Source: an uncultured Eubacteriales bacterium (GTDB lineage: Bacteria; Bacillota; Clostridia; Oscillospirales; Oscillospiraceae). Taken from it: a stretch of DNA of 64,000 nucleotides. Within the stretch, counting starts at the first letter, position 1, and each line of letters opens with the position of its first letter. The stretch lies in NCBI GenBank assembly GCA_934597725.1, contig CAKTSK010000005.1:21111-85110 (forward strand). Reading direction: 5' to 3'. Shown here one piece after another: positions 9,815 through 19,731 of the stretch. The position numbers and the translations under genes were made by a program. The notes beneath the pieces were generated by a model. It made no database searches and had not been told where the DNA came from. It was given only the letters and a program-made list of their open reading frames with translations.

Positions 9815-10360
9815 TCAGGTCTTGTCCACCAGGATGCCGTAGCCGCCGTCGTTGCGGCGATAGACCACGGAGAACGCGTCGTCCTTCTCCTCATTGCGGA
9901 AGGCGAAGAAGGAGTGGCCGATCAGATTCATCTGCAGGATGGCTTCCTGCACCGACATGGGGCCAAACTCGAATTCCTTGGAACGGACCACCTGATAGGA
10001 AGGTTCATCGAAGCGGTCCACTTCGGGGATGAAGATGAGCTCGTCTGCGTCCTTTTCAAAAGCGTCCAGGTTGATGTTCTCTGCCAGCTTGGTGCGGTGA
10101 TCTCTCAGCTGGCGACGGATGGAGGAGACGGCGGCGTCGATGGAGACCAGCATATCCGAGGTCTTTTCCACCACACGGAAGATGGTGGAGCCGGAGAAGA
10201 TGGTCAGTTCGATGACGTGCTTGCCGTCTTCGGCGCTGAAGACCACCACAGCTTCGGGGTCGCCCCGGAAGAGATGGTCCAGCTCGTTGATGCGCTGTTC
10301 TGCGTGGGAGTATACACGATCAGGAACGGTCATGTTCTTGTTGGAAAATTGGATCTTCAT
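9815..10360 (-). CDS. hpf: Ribosome hibernation promoting factor, long form (copy 1)
   Basis: MKIQFSNKNMTV...; RaiA/YfiA N-terminal domain plus C-terminal dimerisation domain; RBS AAAGGAG. Confidence 0.85.
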   Translation of the reverse strand: MKIQFSNKNMTVPDRVYSHAEQRINELDHLFRGDPEAVVVFSAEDGKHVIELTIFSGSTIFRVVEKTSDMLVSIDAAVSSIRRQLRDHRTKLAENINLDAFEKDADELIFIPEVDRFDEPSYQVVRSKEFEFGPMSVQEAILQMNLIGHSFFAFRNEEKDDAFSVVYRRNDGGYGILVDKT

Positions 10361-10595
10361 AACGACTACTCCTTTCAAGCGCCTGACTCAGCGTTGGCGA
10401 ACACCCGTGGGGTTCTCACGCGCTGAAACAGCTGATTCCGATAACTAACACTTCCTTCCTATCACTATCGGTATTATAGCACACTTTTCCAATTTTGCAA
10501 ATACTTTTTTCGTCTTTTTTGTAGATTTCCTAAAAACTATTTTCTGCTGCAACAAAACGCCTGCCAAAGCCGCCCGGTCCCCGCAAGGGAGCCGG

Positions 10596-10645
10596 GCAAA
10601 AAACGCGCCTGTCTCTGCGGGGATCTCTCCCGCAGAGACAGGCGC
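10596..10645 (-). terminator. Intrinsic terminator of the SLH-protein gene
   Basis: 17-bp perfect stem GCGCCTGTCTCTGCGGG/CCCGCAGAGACAGGCGC followed by U-run on the minus strand. Confidence 0.6.
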
Positions 10646-10664
10646 GCGCTTTCTGGCAGCAGGG

Positions 10665-11720
10665 TCAGAACAGCCCCTGATAGCCGTCGATATAGTAGTC
10701 CATCACCACCAGCTCCTCCACCTCGGTCCCGTCCTCCAGGGCGCCGGTGCCGCGGAGCTTGAAGGTCAGCACGGGGTAGGTCACCCCGTTGGCCTGCACC
10801 GTTTCCGTGGCGCGCTCCTTGGCCTTGGCCTCGTCAAAGGTCAGGCGGACCAGGGCAAAGGCGCCGGGCAGCGCCACGGTCTGCTCCTCTTTGTCGCTGA
10901 CCTTCTGGCAGTGCTTCTTCACGGCCTCCGGGGTCTCCCAGCCCTCCAGGGTGCAGGGCAGGCCGTTGACCGTGGCCTGGGTCACCCGGAACCTGGTATA
11001 GGTCTCCGGGCTGTCCTTCTCCGCAGCAAAGGAAAAGAACAGGTTGTCCTTGCGGCTGGTGACGCAGTCCTCCCGCCACAGGCAGCGGCTGGCCGGGTCG
11101 GTATAGCCCTGCTGGGCCAGCCGGTCGGCCAGGGTCTGCTCGGTCCCTTTGGACACCGCCGACAGGGCCTTCCGGGACAGCCAGGCCACATCCCCCCGGT
11201 CAAAGGCCGTGGTCTCGGCCCCATACTCCCCCTGGGTGATGCCCAGGGCGTCCGAGAGTACCCAGGGGGTCTCCCAGGAGAAGTCTGTCTGGGAGTCATA
11301 CCCCAGGGCCCGCAGCACAAAGGTCAGGTATTCCCGGGGCTGCAGGGGGCTGTCCGGCACGAACCGGGTGGGGCTTTTGCCGTCGGTGAGGCCGGCCTCA
11401 TAGGCATAGCCCACATAGGGGGCCGCCCAGTCGGGCACATCCTCGAAGGGGGTGTGCCAGGTCCCCTCCTGGGCTTGCTTCTCCTGGCCCAGCAGGCGCA
11501 CCAGCATGGTCACGCCCTGGGCACGGTTGGGGGTCTTTTCCAGGTCAAAGACCGGAAATCCTTCTTCGTCGGTGCCGGTCCCCTGGAACAGGCCCATCCG
11601 GTAGAGCTGCCAGGCTGCGTCCTCCTCCTCCACCGCCGGGGCGGCCAGGGCGGGTACGGTCAGGCTCAGGCTCAGAAGCAGGGCCAGCAGGCCCGCCAGA
11701 CATTTTTTGCTTGTTTGCAT
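10665..11720 (-). CDS. S-layer homology (SLH) domain protein with signal peptide
   Basis: Signal peptide (LLALLLSLSLTVPALA) and three SLH-like repeats (e.g. FEDVPDWAAPYVGYAYEAGL); C-terminal ~150 aa of unknown function. Confidence 0.7.
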   Translation of the reverse strand: MQTSKKCLAGLLALLLSLSLTVPALAAPAVEEEDAAWQLYRMGLFQGTGTDEEGFPVFDLEKTPNRAQGVTMLVRLLGQEKQAQEGTWHTPFEDVPDWAAPYVGYAYEAGLTDGKSPTRFVPDSPLQPREYLTFVLRALGYDSQTDFSWETPWVLSDALGITQGEYGAETTAFDRGDVAWLSRKALSAVSKGTEQTLADRLAQQGYTDPASRCLWREDCVTSRKDNLFFSFAAEKDSPETYTRFRVTQATVNGLPCTLEGWETPEAVKKHCQKVSDKEEQTVALPGAFALVRLTFDEAKAKERATETVQANGVTYPVLTFKLRGTGALEDGTEVEELVVMDYYIDGYQGLF

Positions 11721-11747
11721 GGGTGTTCTCCTCTGCCGCCGGAACGG

Positions 11748-12803
11748 TTACTGGGCGCGGTCCAGAGACTGCCAGGCGTTGTCCAGGAAGCTCTCGTCGT
11801 AGATCTTGTCCGACGTGGTGTCCTGGGTGATGCCGCCGGCCAGCTTGGTCAGCTTGAGGGCCGCCTGGAAGCCGGTGTCGGTGTGGTAGCCGGTGTAGTT
11901 GGCCACCTGATGCTCCTTGTCGTACTGGGCGTCGTAGAGCAGCTCCTCCTGGGCGCCGTCGAACAGGGGCAGCATCTTTTCCGCGATCTCCTCGGGGGTG
12001 GCCTGCTCCATCCACTGCATGGCCTTGACCATGGCGTTGACGGCCTTCTGGATCAGCTCCGGGTCGGACTGGATCAGCTCATCAGAGGCAATGACCGTAA
12101 AGAGTTCATACGTGGGCGAACCGATAATTTTTTCGATCTCTGCCTCGTTGGTCCCGTCTACAATGACTACACCGCCCTGATCTGCCAGCTTCTTTGCCGA
12201 CCAGGGGTTGGCAGATACCGCCGCCTGAAGCTCACCGCTCTCAATGGCAGCGGCATACCCTGCACTGGCCATCGTAGTCACATTCACATCTGCGGCAGGG
12301 TCCATTCCCGCAGAGGCGATGCAAGCCTTGGCAAACGAATACGGCCCGCTGTTGGTGCTCTGTCCTCCGGCCACAGTCTGCCCTTTCAGAGACTCAATGG
12401 TCGCATACTTCTCACTGGCCCCCACCAGCTGATAGGGATACTTTTGCGTGGAAGAAAGCACGACCTTACACCCCTGGCCGGATTCATTGACCATGAGCGC
12501 CGTTTCAATGCCCTTCAAGCAGAACTGCGCCTCTCCGGCCAGCACCGGCGCTGTCGCGTCGCCGCCCTTGATGGTCTGGAACTCTGCGTCCAGCCCTTCC
12601 TCGGCAAAGTAGCCCAGGGTCTGGGCCAGATAGGCAGGGGCCCAGTGGTAGCCGCGCACCTGCTCGGTGATGACGATTTTTTGCAGCTTCTCCTGGTCGG
12701 CGGTGTCGCCGTCCTCTTTCGGGGCGGACTCGGTCTGGCCGCAGCCGGCCAGCAGGCCCAGGGCCATGGTCATGGCCAGCAGACAGGCAAGTAATTTTTT
12801 CAT
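11748..12803 (-). CDS. ABC transporter substrate-binding lipoprotein, NMT1/SsuA/TauA-like (paralog 2)
   Basis: Lipoprotein signal LLAGC; ~85% identical to the 13455-14513 product. Confidence 0.8.
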   Translation of the reverse strand: MKKLLACLLAMTMALGLLAGCGQTESAPKEDGDTADQEKLQKIVITEQVRGYHWAPAYLAQTLGYFAEEGLDAEFQTIKGGDATAPVLAGEAQFCLKGIETALMVNESGQGCKVVLSSTQKYPYQLVGASEKYATIESLKGQTVAGGQSTNSGPYSFAKACIASAGMDPAADVNVTTMASAGYAAAIESGELQAAVSANPWSAKKLADQGGVVIVDGTNEAEIEKIIGSPTYELFTVIASDELIQSDPELIQKAVNAMVKAMQWMEQATPEEIAEKMLPLFDGAQEELLYDAQYDKEHQVANYTGYHTDTGFQAALKLTKLAGGITQDTTSDKIYDESFLDNAWQSLDRAQ

Positions 12804-12834
12804 ACGGATTCTCCTTTTTTCGTTCCGGGGCCGT

Positions 12835-13395
12835 TCAGAATGCCCCCAAATGTTCCAGCAGGATCTTGCACCCCAGCAGAATCAGAATCCCACCGCCTAA
12901 GACCTCGGCCTTGGCCCGGTACCGGGTCCCGCACAGGCTGCCCAGCTTCACACCCAGGGCAGAGAGCAGGAAGGTCACTGCGGCAATGAACGTCACCGCC
13001 GGCAGGATGTCCACCGCCAGAAAGGCAAAGGTGATGCCCACCGCCAGGGCGTCGATGCTGGTGGCCAGGGCCATGGCCAGCATGATCCCCGCAGCCAGGG
13101 AGGCATCGGTCCCTTCGCTCTCCTCCTGGCGGGCCTCCCGGAGCATGTTGATCCCCAGGACCACCAGCAGGGCAAAGGCGATCCAATGGTCCACCGCCGC
13201 GATGTACCCGGCAAAGCGGGAGCCCAGGAACCAGCCCGCCAGCGGCATCAGCCCCTGGAACCCGCCGAACCACAGGCCCACGACCGCCGCGCGGCCCGGG
13301 GTGACCCGGTCCATGGCCAGGCCCTTACAGATGGACACCGCAAAGGCATCCATGGATAACCCCACCGCCAGCAGGGTCAGTTCCAGCAATCCCAT
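12835..13395 (-). CDS. mntP: Manganese efflux pump MntP
   Basis: 186 aa, 6 TM; MntP/DUF204 repeats (GLSMDAFAVSI..., SIDALAVGITFA...). Confidence 0.85.
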   Translation of the reverse strand: MGLLELTLLAVGLSMDAFAVSICKGLAMDRVTPGRAAVVGLWFGGFQGLMPLAGWFLGSRFAGYIAAVDHWIAFALLVVLGINMLREARQEESEGTDASLAAGIMLAMALATSIDALAVGITFAFLAVDILPAVTFIAAVTFLLSALGVKLGSLCGTRYRAKAEVLGGGILILLGCKILLEHLGAF

Positions 13396-13454
13396 CGGTC
13401 ACATCCCTCCCGGGGTCACCCTATGCCTGGGCGGCAGCCGGTATGTCTCGTCGC

Positions 13455-14513
13455 TCACTGGGCGTCTTTCCCCAGGGCCTGCCAGGCACTGTCCAGGAAG
13501 CTCTCGTCGTAGATCTTGTCCTCGGTGGTGTCCTGGGTGATGCCGCCGGCCATCTTGGTGAGCTTCACCGCCGCGTGGAAGCCGGACTCGGTGTGGTAGC
13601 CGGTGTAGTTGGCCACCTGATGCTCCTTGTCATACTGGGCGTCGTAGAGCAGTTCTTCCTGGGCGCCGTCAAACAGGGGCAGCATCTTTTCTGCGATCTC
13701 CTCGGGGGTGGCCTGCTCCATCCACTGCATGGCCTTGGCCATGGCGTTGACGGCCTTCTGGACCAGCTCGGGGTCGGACTGGATCAGCTCGTCGGAGGTG
13801 AGCACGGCAAAAAGCTCATAGGTGGGAGAGCCGATGATCTTCTCGATCTCAGCCTCGTCGGTGCCGTCCACGATGACCACGCCGCCCAGGTCCGCCAGCT
13901 TCTTGGCCGACCAGGGGTTGGTGGACACTGCGCCCTGCAGCTCGCCGCTCTCGATGGCGGCGGCATAGCCGGCGCTGGCCATGCTGGTCACCTCCACGTC
14001 TGCGTCGGGGTCCATCCCGGCGGCGGTGATGCAGGCCTTGGCAAAGGTGTAGGGGCCGCTGTTGGCGCTCAGGCCGCCGGCCACCACCTGCCCTTTCAGA
14101 GACTCGATGGTGCTGTAGTTCTCGTTGGCCCCCACCAGCTGATAGGGATACTTCTGGGTGGCCGAGACGATGACCTTGCAGCCCTGCCCGGCTTCGTTGA
14201 GCATGAGCGAGGTCTCGATGCCCTTCAGGCAGAACTGGGCGTCGCCGGACAGCACCGGGGTGGTGGCATCGCCGCCCTTGATGGTCTGGAACTCTGCGTC
14301 CAGCCCCTCCTCGGCGAAATAGCCCAGGGTCTGGGCCAGATAGGCAGGGGCCCAGTGGTAGCCGCGCACGTCCTCGGTAATGACGATCTTTTGCAGCTTC
14401 TCCTGGCCGGCGGTGTCGCCGTCCTCTTTCGGGGCGGGCTCGGTCTGGCCGCAGCCGGCCAGCAGGCCAAAGACCAGCGCCAGCGGCAGCAGCAGGGCAA
14501 ATACTTTCTTCAT
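13455..14513 (-). CDS. ABC transporter substrate-binding lipoprotein, NMT1/SsuA/TauA-like (paralog 1)
   Basis: Lipoprotein signal LLAGC; tandem paralog of the 11748-12803 product. Confidence 0.8.
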   Translation of the reverse strand: MKKVFALLLPLALVFGLLAGCGQTEPAPKEDGDTAGQEKLQKIVITEDVRGYHWAPAYLAQTLGYFAEEGLDAEFQTIKGGDATTPVLSGDAQFCLKGIETSLMLNEAGQGCKVIVSATQKYPYQLVGANENYSTIESLKGQVVAGGLSANSGPYTFAKACITAAGMDPDADVEVTSMASAGYAAAIESGELQGAVSTNPWSAKKLADLGGVVIVDGTDEAEIEKIIGSPTYELFAVLTSDELIQSDPELVQKAVNAMAKAMQWMEQATPEEIAEKMLPLFDGAQEELLYDAQYDKEHQVANYTGYHTESGFHAAVKLTKMAGGITQDTTEDKIYDESFLDSAWQALGKDAQ

Positions 14514-14582
14514 GGGAATCCTCCTTTTTATGATTGGTTGTGGTCGGATCTATTGCTTCCGCCGAAGCGGATACCACCGGTT

Positions 14583-15356
14583 TCAGTGCGCCGTCTCCCG
14601 CCAGCGCAGCAGGAAGTGCTCGGCCAGCCGGAGCAGGCCGTCCAGCAGAACGATGATGACCACCAGGATCAGCACACAGCACAGCACCCGCTGGGCGTTG
14701 AACACGTCGCCCGCAGCGGACAGCAGCCAGCCCATGCCCCGGGTGGAGCCAAGATACTCCCCCACGATGGCCCCGGACAGGGCCAGGCCCAGGCCGGTCC
14801 GCAGGCTGGCCAGCAGCCAGGGCAGGCAGGCGGGCCAGATCACCTTGCCCAGCACCTGCCCCCGGGTGGCCCCCAGCAGGCGCACTGCGTTCACCAGCTC
14901 CTGGTCCACGCTCCGCACCCCGGCGTAGAGGTTGAAGGCGAAGATGAAAAAGACCATCAGGGCCGCGATGAGGACCTTGGACCGCAGCCCCAGGCCGAAC
15001 CAGATGATGAACAACGGCCCCAGGGCCAGCTTGGGCAGGCCGTTCAGGCCGGTCATGAGGGGCATCAGCGCCCGGCTCACCCGGGGGCTCATGCCCAGGC
15101 CCAGCCCGGCCAGGGTGCCGAACACCCCGCCGAAGAGCAGGCCCAGCCCGGCCTCCTGGCACGTCACGCTCAGATGCTTGGCCAGCATACCGTTGGAGAG
15201 CATGGTCAAAAACTCCTGCCAGAGCAGGCTGGGGCGGCTGAAAAAGAACTCCTTCACATGGCCGCCCGCCGCCGCTGCCTCCCAAAGGGCCAGGGCGATG
15301 ACCAGACCCAGCAGGGTCCACACGCCGGGAGAGATCCGTTTGGCTTCCTGTTTCAT
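14583..15356 (-). CDS. ABC transporter permease (NitT/TauT family)
   Basis: Start MKQEAKR overlaps the ATPase stop (ATGA); EAA-like loop; 6 TM. Confidence 0.85.
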   Translation of the reverse strand: MKQEAKRISPGVWTLLGLVIALALWEAAAAGGHVKEFFFSRPSLLWQEFLTMLSNGMLAKHLSVTCQEAGLGLLFGGVFGTLAGLGLGMSPRVSRALMPLMTGLNGLPKLALGPLFIIWFGLGLRSKVLIAALMVFFIFAFNLYAGVRSVDQELVNAVRLLGATRGQVLGKVIWPACLPWLLASLRTGLGLALSGAIVGEYLGSTRGMGWLLSAAGDVFNAQRVLCCVLILVVIIVLLDGLLRLAEHFLLRWRETAH

Positions 15357-16135
15357 GGCGCGCCTCCCTCCAACTGCTCGTGGAGGTCCTGCCAGATGGT
15401 CCGTTCCAGCTCCACAAAGCGCGGGGTGAATTTCACGTCCATCACCCGCCGGGGCCGGGGCAGGTCGATGGGATACTCCGCCACCACCCGGCCCGGGCGG
15501 CGGGAGAGCAGCACTACCCGGTCGGCCAGGGTGATGGCCTCGGTCAGGTCGTGGGTCACATAGAGGATCGTGCTGCCGGTGCTCTCCCACAGGGAGAGGA
15601 TCTCGTCCTGGAGCCGCTGGCGGGTGAGGGCATCCAGGGGGGCGAACGGCTCGTCCATCATCAGAATGGACGGGTCCACCGCCAGCACCCGGGCGATGGC
15701 CGCCCGCTTCCGCATCCCGCCGGAGAGCTGGCGGGGATAGTGCTCCTCAAACCCGGCCAGACCCACGGTCTCCATGAGGGCCCGGGCCTTCTCCCGCCGC
15801 CGGGCCTTGGGGACCCCCCGCAGCTCCATGGCCAGGGCCACGTTGTCCACGACAGTCCGCCAGGGCAGCAGGGTGTCGCCCTGGGAGATATACCCCATGG
15901 AGGGCAGCACGCCCTGCACCGGCTGGCCGGCCAGCAGCACCTGTCCCTGGTCCACGGGCACCTGCCCGGCCAGGACATTCAGGGCAGTGGTCTTGCCGCA
16001 GCCGGACGGACCGACCAGGGCCACCAGCTCCCCCTGCGCTACAGACAGGGACATTCCTTCCAGCGCCCGCACCGGCGGCCGCTTTTTGGCCACCGGGAAG
16101 GACACGGTGACATCCTTTAACTCCAGCAGAGGCAT
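15353..16135 (-). CDS. ABC transporter ATP-binding protein (NitT/TauT family)
   Basis: Walker A GPSGCGKTT, signature LSGGMRKR, Walker B ILMMDEPF; RBS GGAGGAG. Confidence 0.9.
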   Translation of the reverse strand: MPLLELKDVTVSFPVAKKRPPVRALEGMSLSVAQGELVALVGPSGCGKTTALNVLAGQVPVDQGQVLLAGQPVQGVLPSMGYISQGDTLLPWRTVVDNVALAMELRGVPKARRREKARALMETVGLAGFEEHYPRQLSGGMRKRAAIARVLAVDPSILMMDEPFAPLDALTRQRLQDEILSLWESTGSTILYVTHDLTEAITLADRVVLLSRRPGRVVAEYPIDLPRPRRVMDVKFTPRFVELERTIWQDLHEQLEGGAP

Positions 16136-16210
16136 ACCAGACTCCTCCGTTTCTGATAGATTGCTGTCTATTATACTGGTCCGGCAACACACTGTCAACG
16201 AATACCGCCC

Positions 16211-17848
16211 TCAGCGGGGCTGGGCAAACTGATCGCGGATGAGCTTGCCGTTCTGGTTCCGCGCCAGATGGTCCACAAAGGCCAAGGCCCGGATCTTCTT
16301 AAAGCCGACGCACCGGTCGTTGTGGAAGGCCAGCAGCGTCTGCTCCAGCGCCGGGCCGGGGACATAGCCCGGGGCGGCCTTCACATAGACCTTGACCCGC
16401 TGGCCCAGCTCCGGGTCGGGCTCTCCCACGGCCATGCACTCCTCCACGGCCGGGTGAAGGGACAGAACGTCCTCGATCTCCACCGGGCTGACCCGGTAGC
16501 CCTTGGTCTTGATGATCCCGTCGTAGCGGCCCAGGTAGTACAGGAAGCCCTCGTCGTCCCGGGTGGCCAGGTCGCCGGTGTGGAAGATGTCGCCATCCCA
16601 CAGGCGGCGGTTGGCCTCCTCGTCCTCCCAATATCCCATCATGAGGCCCAGAGGACGCCGGCCGCCATCGGCCACCAGGACGATCTCGCCCTCCTCCCCC
16701 GGGCCGGCAAAGGCGCCGTCCTCCCGGCGGATCTCCACATGGTACTTGGGCAGGATCTTTCCCACCGACCCCTCTTTCCAGCCCAGGGCCTTGCTGGCCG
16801 ACGCGATGAGGCCCGCCTCAGACTGGGCATAGCCCTCATAGAGCCGCTGGCCGGTCTGGGCCTTCACCGCCGCCGTCAGGTCGGGCAGGAGGCGCTCGCC
16901 CCCCACCCCGCAGTTGGTGACGCTGGACAGGTCGTAGCGGTCCATGCCCACCTGGGTGAACATCCGGTACACCGTGGGCTGGGCCATGATGCCGGTGGCC
17001 CGCTCCCGGGCCAGGAAGTCCAGGACCTTTTCCGGCGGGAAGCGGTCGTAGTCATACACCAGCAGGGTGCATTCCAGCAGCAGCTGCCCATAGAACTTGG
17101 TGCCCGAGGTCACCTCCCAGCCGGTGTCGCCGGTGGCAAAGTGCCGGGAGGCCGGACCGATGTCCTGCATGTACCGGGCGCCCCAGTGGCAGCCCAGGGT
17201 GTAGGTGTGGCTGTGGAGGACGCCCTTGGGCTTGCCCGTGGTGCCGGAGGTGAAATAGAGCAGGATCGGCTCGTCGCTGCGGGTGTCTGCCCGGTCTATG
17301 GTCTCGGGCTGTCCGTCCAGGGCCGTGAACCAGTTCTCGAAGCCCGGCTCCTCCCCCAGCGCAAAGCGCAGGGGGACCCCCGCCTCTTCTGCCGCTGCCA
17401 GGACGTTGGCCGCTGCCGGACCCTCCAGGCAGGTGAGGACGCCGCCCGCCCGGGCGGTCTTCATCCGGTAGGCCAGGTCCTGGGCGGTCAGGCGGTAATA
17501 GACCGGGCAGAGGATCACGCCCAGCTTATGGGCCGCCAGGGCCGCCACCCAATAGGACCAGTGGGTCCGCACGGCGGCCAGGAGCACGTCCCCCTTTTTC
17601 ATCCCCCGCTGCCGGAGCAGGTTGGCGGCCTGGCTGCTCTGGCGGGACAGGTCGCCATAGGTCAGGCAGGCCCGCTCCTGGCGGTCGTTCTCCCACAGGA
17701 TGGCCGGTTTGTCCGGGATCTGCCGGGCCAGGGCGTCGATGACGTCATAGGCATAGTTGAAGTTGGGGGCGTAGTCGTAGGACCACTGGGTGATCTGCCC
17801 CGCCGCGTCAAAGGTCTCGTGGATAAACTTGGTGTAGAATGCTGCCAT
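16211..17848 (-). CDS. AMP-dependent synthetase/ligase (acyl-/aryl-CoA ligase)
   Basis: AMP-binding motif YFTSGTTGKPKGV, GYRVSPVEIE and terminal K; RBS AAAGGAGG. Confidence 0.8.
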   Translation of the reverse strand: MAAFYTKFIHETFDAAGQITQWSYDYAPNFNYAYDVIDALARQIPDKPAILWENDRQERACLTYGDLSRQSSQAANLLRQRGMKKGDVLLAAVRTHWSYWVAALAAHKLGVILCPVYYRLTAQDLAYRMKTARAGGVLTCLEGPAAANVLAAAEEAGVPLRFALGEEPGFENWFTALDGQPETIDRADTRSDEPILLYFTSGTTGKPKGVLHSHTYTLGCHWGARYMQDIGPASRHFATGDTGWEVTSGTKFYGQLLLECTLLVYDYDRFPPEKVLDFLARERATGIMAQPTVYRMFTQVGMDRYDLSSVTNCGVGGERLLPDLTAAVKAQTGQRLYEGYAQSEAGLIASASKALGWKEGSVGKILPKYHVEIRREDGAFAGPGEEGEIVLVADGGRRPLGLMMGYWEDEEANRRLWDGDIFHTGDLATRDDEGFLYYLGRYDGIIKTKGYRVSPVEIEDVLSLHPAVEECMAVGEPDPELGQRVKVYVKAAPGYVPGPALEQTLLAFHNDRCVGFKKIRALAFVDHLARNQNGKLIRDQFAQPR

Positions 17849-17931
17849 TGTCGCTGTGCCTCCTTTTAGAAAAAGCTCCCGTGGGTTCTGGCAACACACA
17901 GGAGCTTTTGTTTTGTTCGGGATCTCTTCTC

Positions 17932-18615
17932 TTACTTGCCGATGTAAGTATACACGGCGGAGGGTCGGCCGCCGGTGGAGTAATCCACCCCGCCGATGAC
18001 GCTGTTCTTGTCGATCAGGTAGTTCATGTACCGCCGCAGGGTCACCCGGGACAGGGAGACGTTTTTGGCGATGTCCTCGATGGAGAGCTTTTCGCTCTTG
18101 TGTTCCCGCAGGAAGGAGCAGATGATCTCCAGGGTGACCGGGTGGATGCCCTTGTCCACGAACTGGCCGCTGCGCTGGCCCTCGGGGGCGATGACCTTGT
18201 CCAGCTCTTCCTGGTTGAAGGCTTTGTCCCCGGCGAAGGCCTCCCGCCGGGCCACGAACTTTTGCAGGGCCGTCTGGAAGCGGTTGTAGTCAAAGGGCTT
18301 GATGAGGTAATCCGACACCCCGTAGGAATACAGCTCGCTCACATGCCGGGCCTCGCTGGCGGCGGTGACCATGATCACGTCGGCCAGGATGCCCTCGGCC
18401 CGCAGCTTCAGCAGGAAGGTCCGTCCGTCCATCACCGGCATGTAGTAGTCCAGCATGATCAGGTCCACCGGATGGTCCCGGACGAAGTCCAGGGCCTCCT
18501 GACCATTCTGAAAAATCCCGGCAATGGTCATCTTGTTGTTGTGCTCTACATATTGCTTGTCGATCTCGGCGACCATGGGGTCGTCTTCCACAATGATAAC
18601 CTGGTACATACGCAT
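17932..18615 (-). CDS. Response regulator, CitB/DcuR/CitT (citrate-malate) family
   Basis: Receiver domain (IVEDDPMVAEI...LIMLDYYMP) plus C-terminal CitT-type HTH; no cognate kinase adjacent. Confidence 0.8.
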   Translation of the reverse strand: MRMYQVIIVEDDPMVAEIDKQYVEHNNKMTIAGIFQNGQEALDFVRDHPVDLIMLDYYMPVMDGRTFLLKLRAEGILADVIMVTAASEARHVSELYSYGVSDYLIKPFDYNRFQTALQKFVARREAFAGDKAFNQEELDKVIAPEGQRSGQFVDKGIHPVTLEIICSFLREHKSEKLSIEDIAKNVSLSRVTLRRYMNYLIDKNSVIGGVDYSTGGRPSAVYTYIGK

Positions 18616-18821
18616 TCCTCACTGATGCAAATTTTCACCTTTGATTATATAGGATAAAACAAAAAAAGGCAATACGCGCGACAAAAAAGAGGAAAAAGAA
18701 CACGCACAAAGGATAGCCAGGGGGCGCAAAAGTTTTCAAACCCTCTCCGTCAGACCGCTCTCCCCCGCCGGAAGCGCTGAAAAAGCAGGGTGCGGCGCAG
18801 TGCCGCACCCTGCCGGAAAGG

Positions 18822-19685
18822 TCAGGTCTCCAGGGCTTCGGCGGGGATCTCGATCCCCCCCACCTGGTTGATGTCGCGGAGGGTCATGGACAGTGCCGTC
18901 TGTTCCACCGTCAGGCCGATGTCAGCGCCCACCTGCTCACTGAGGGTCTTGTCCAGGATGGACTGCATCATCTTGGTCAGGTCCATCTCGTACTTGACCG
19001 GATAATAGGTCTCCTTGGCGATCCAGAGGCTCACCGGCAGGTCGCCCATGTCCGTGAAGAGGTCGCTCATCTCGCCCAGCCCCAGGCTGTCCAGCTGGGA
19101 CAGGGCCCCGGAGGCCGCGATGACCTCGCTCAGATCTTCGCCCAGGATCACGCCGTCGTAGCGGGTGGCTTCCACGCCGCCGACGGTCTCGCTCTCTCCC
19201 TGGGTGAAGTTCTGGATGCTGTCCAGATACAGCTGCATGGAGTCTGCGCCGTTGAGGGTCTCCAGCTCGCCCAGGGCATCCATGCTGCTGCTCTGCCAGA
19301 CCATCTGGCCGGTCTCGTCGGGGGTGCCGACGGCCGTGAGATAGCTGCCGTCCTGCTCCTTGGCATAGAGGACCATGTTGGTGGTCCCGCCCAGGTCGCC
19401 CAGGTCCATCTCCATCTCGGCCTTCATGACCAGGGGCGAGAGGATCGTGTCCGCCCGGGTGACGCTGGAGATCGTCAGGGTCTCCCCCTCTGCCCCCAGG
19501 GACAGGTCCATGGTCATGTCATAGCCCATGCTGGTCACGCCTGCCATGGCCTCCTGGGCCTTGGTCATCACTTCTTCCGGGGTCTCTGCCGCCGGGGCTG
19601 TGCCGCCGCAGGCGGTGAGGCCAAGCCCCAGCGTCAGGGTCAGGGCGGCGGCGGTGAAGCGCAGGGTTCGGTTGGTCTGTTTCAT
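18822..19685 (-). CDS. Putative lipoprotein (LppX/LprG-like DUF)
   Basis: Lipobox LGLGLTACGG; acidic secreted domain. Confidence 0.55.
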   Translation of the reverse strand: MKQTNRTLRFTAAALTLTLGLGLTACGGTAPAAETPEEVMTKAQEAMAGVTSMGYDMTMDLSLGAEGETLTISSVTRADTILSPLVMKAEMEMDLGDLGGTTNMVLYAKEQDGSYLTAVGTPDETGQMVWQSSSMDALGELETLNGADSMQLYLDSIQNFTQGESETVGGVEATRYDGVILGEDLSEVIAASGALSQLDSLGLGEMSDLFTDMGDLPVSLWIAKETYYPVKYEMDLTKMMQSILDKTLSEQVGADIGLTVEQTALSMTLRDINQVGGIEIPAEALET

Positions 19686-19731
19686 GGTGCAATACCTCCT
19701 TGCATCCGATGGGTGGGGGGAACGGATCGTC

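Noticed and set aside
13396-13454. yybP-ykoY Mn2+ riboswitch upstream of mntP
   Set aside because: Only 59 nt between SBP1 and mntP, too short for the ~100-nt aptamer; no conserved motif seen.
10911-15563. 627-aa and 706-aa plus-strand ORFs (10911-12794, 13443-15563), with the 522-aa minus-strand alternative-frame ORF 13849-15417 in the same region
   Set aside because: The two plus-strand ORFs are antisense shadows of the SLH, SBP and ABC genes; the minus-strand ORF is an alternative-frame shadow of the same genes; all have extreme Gly/Pro/Arg content, whereas the real genes show clear family motifs.
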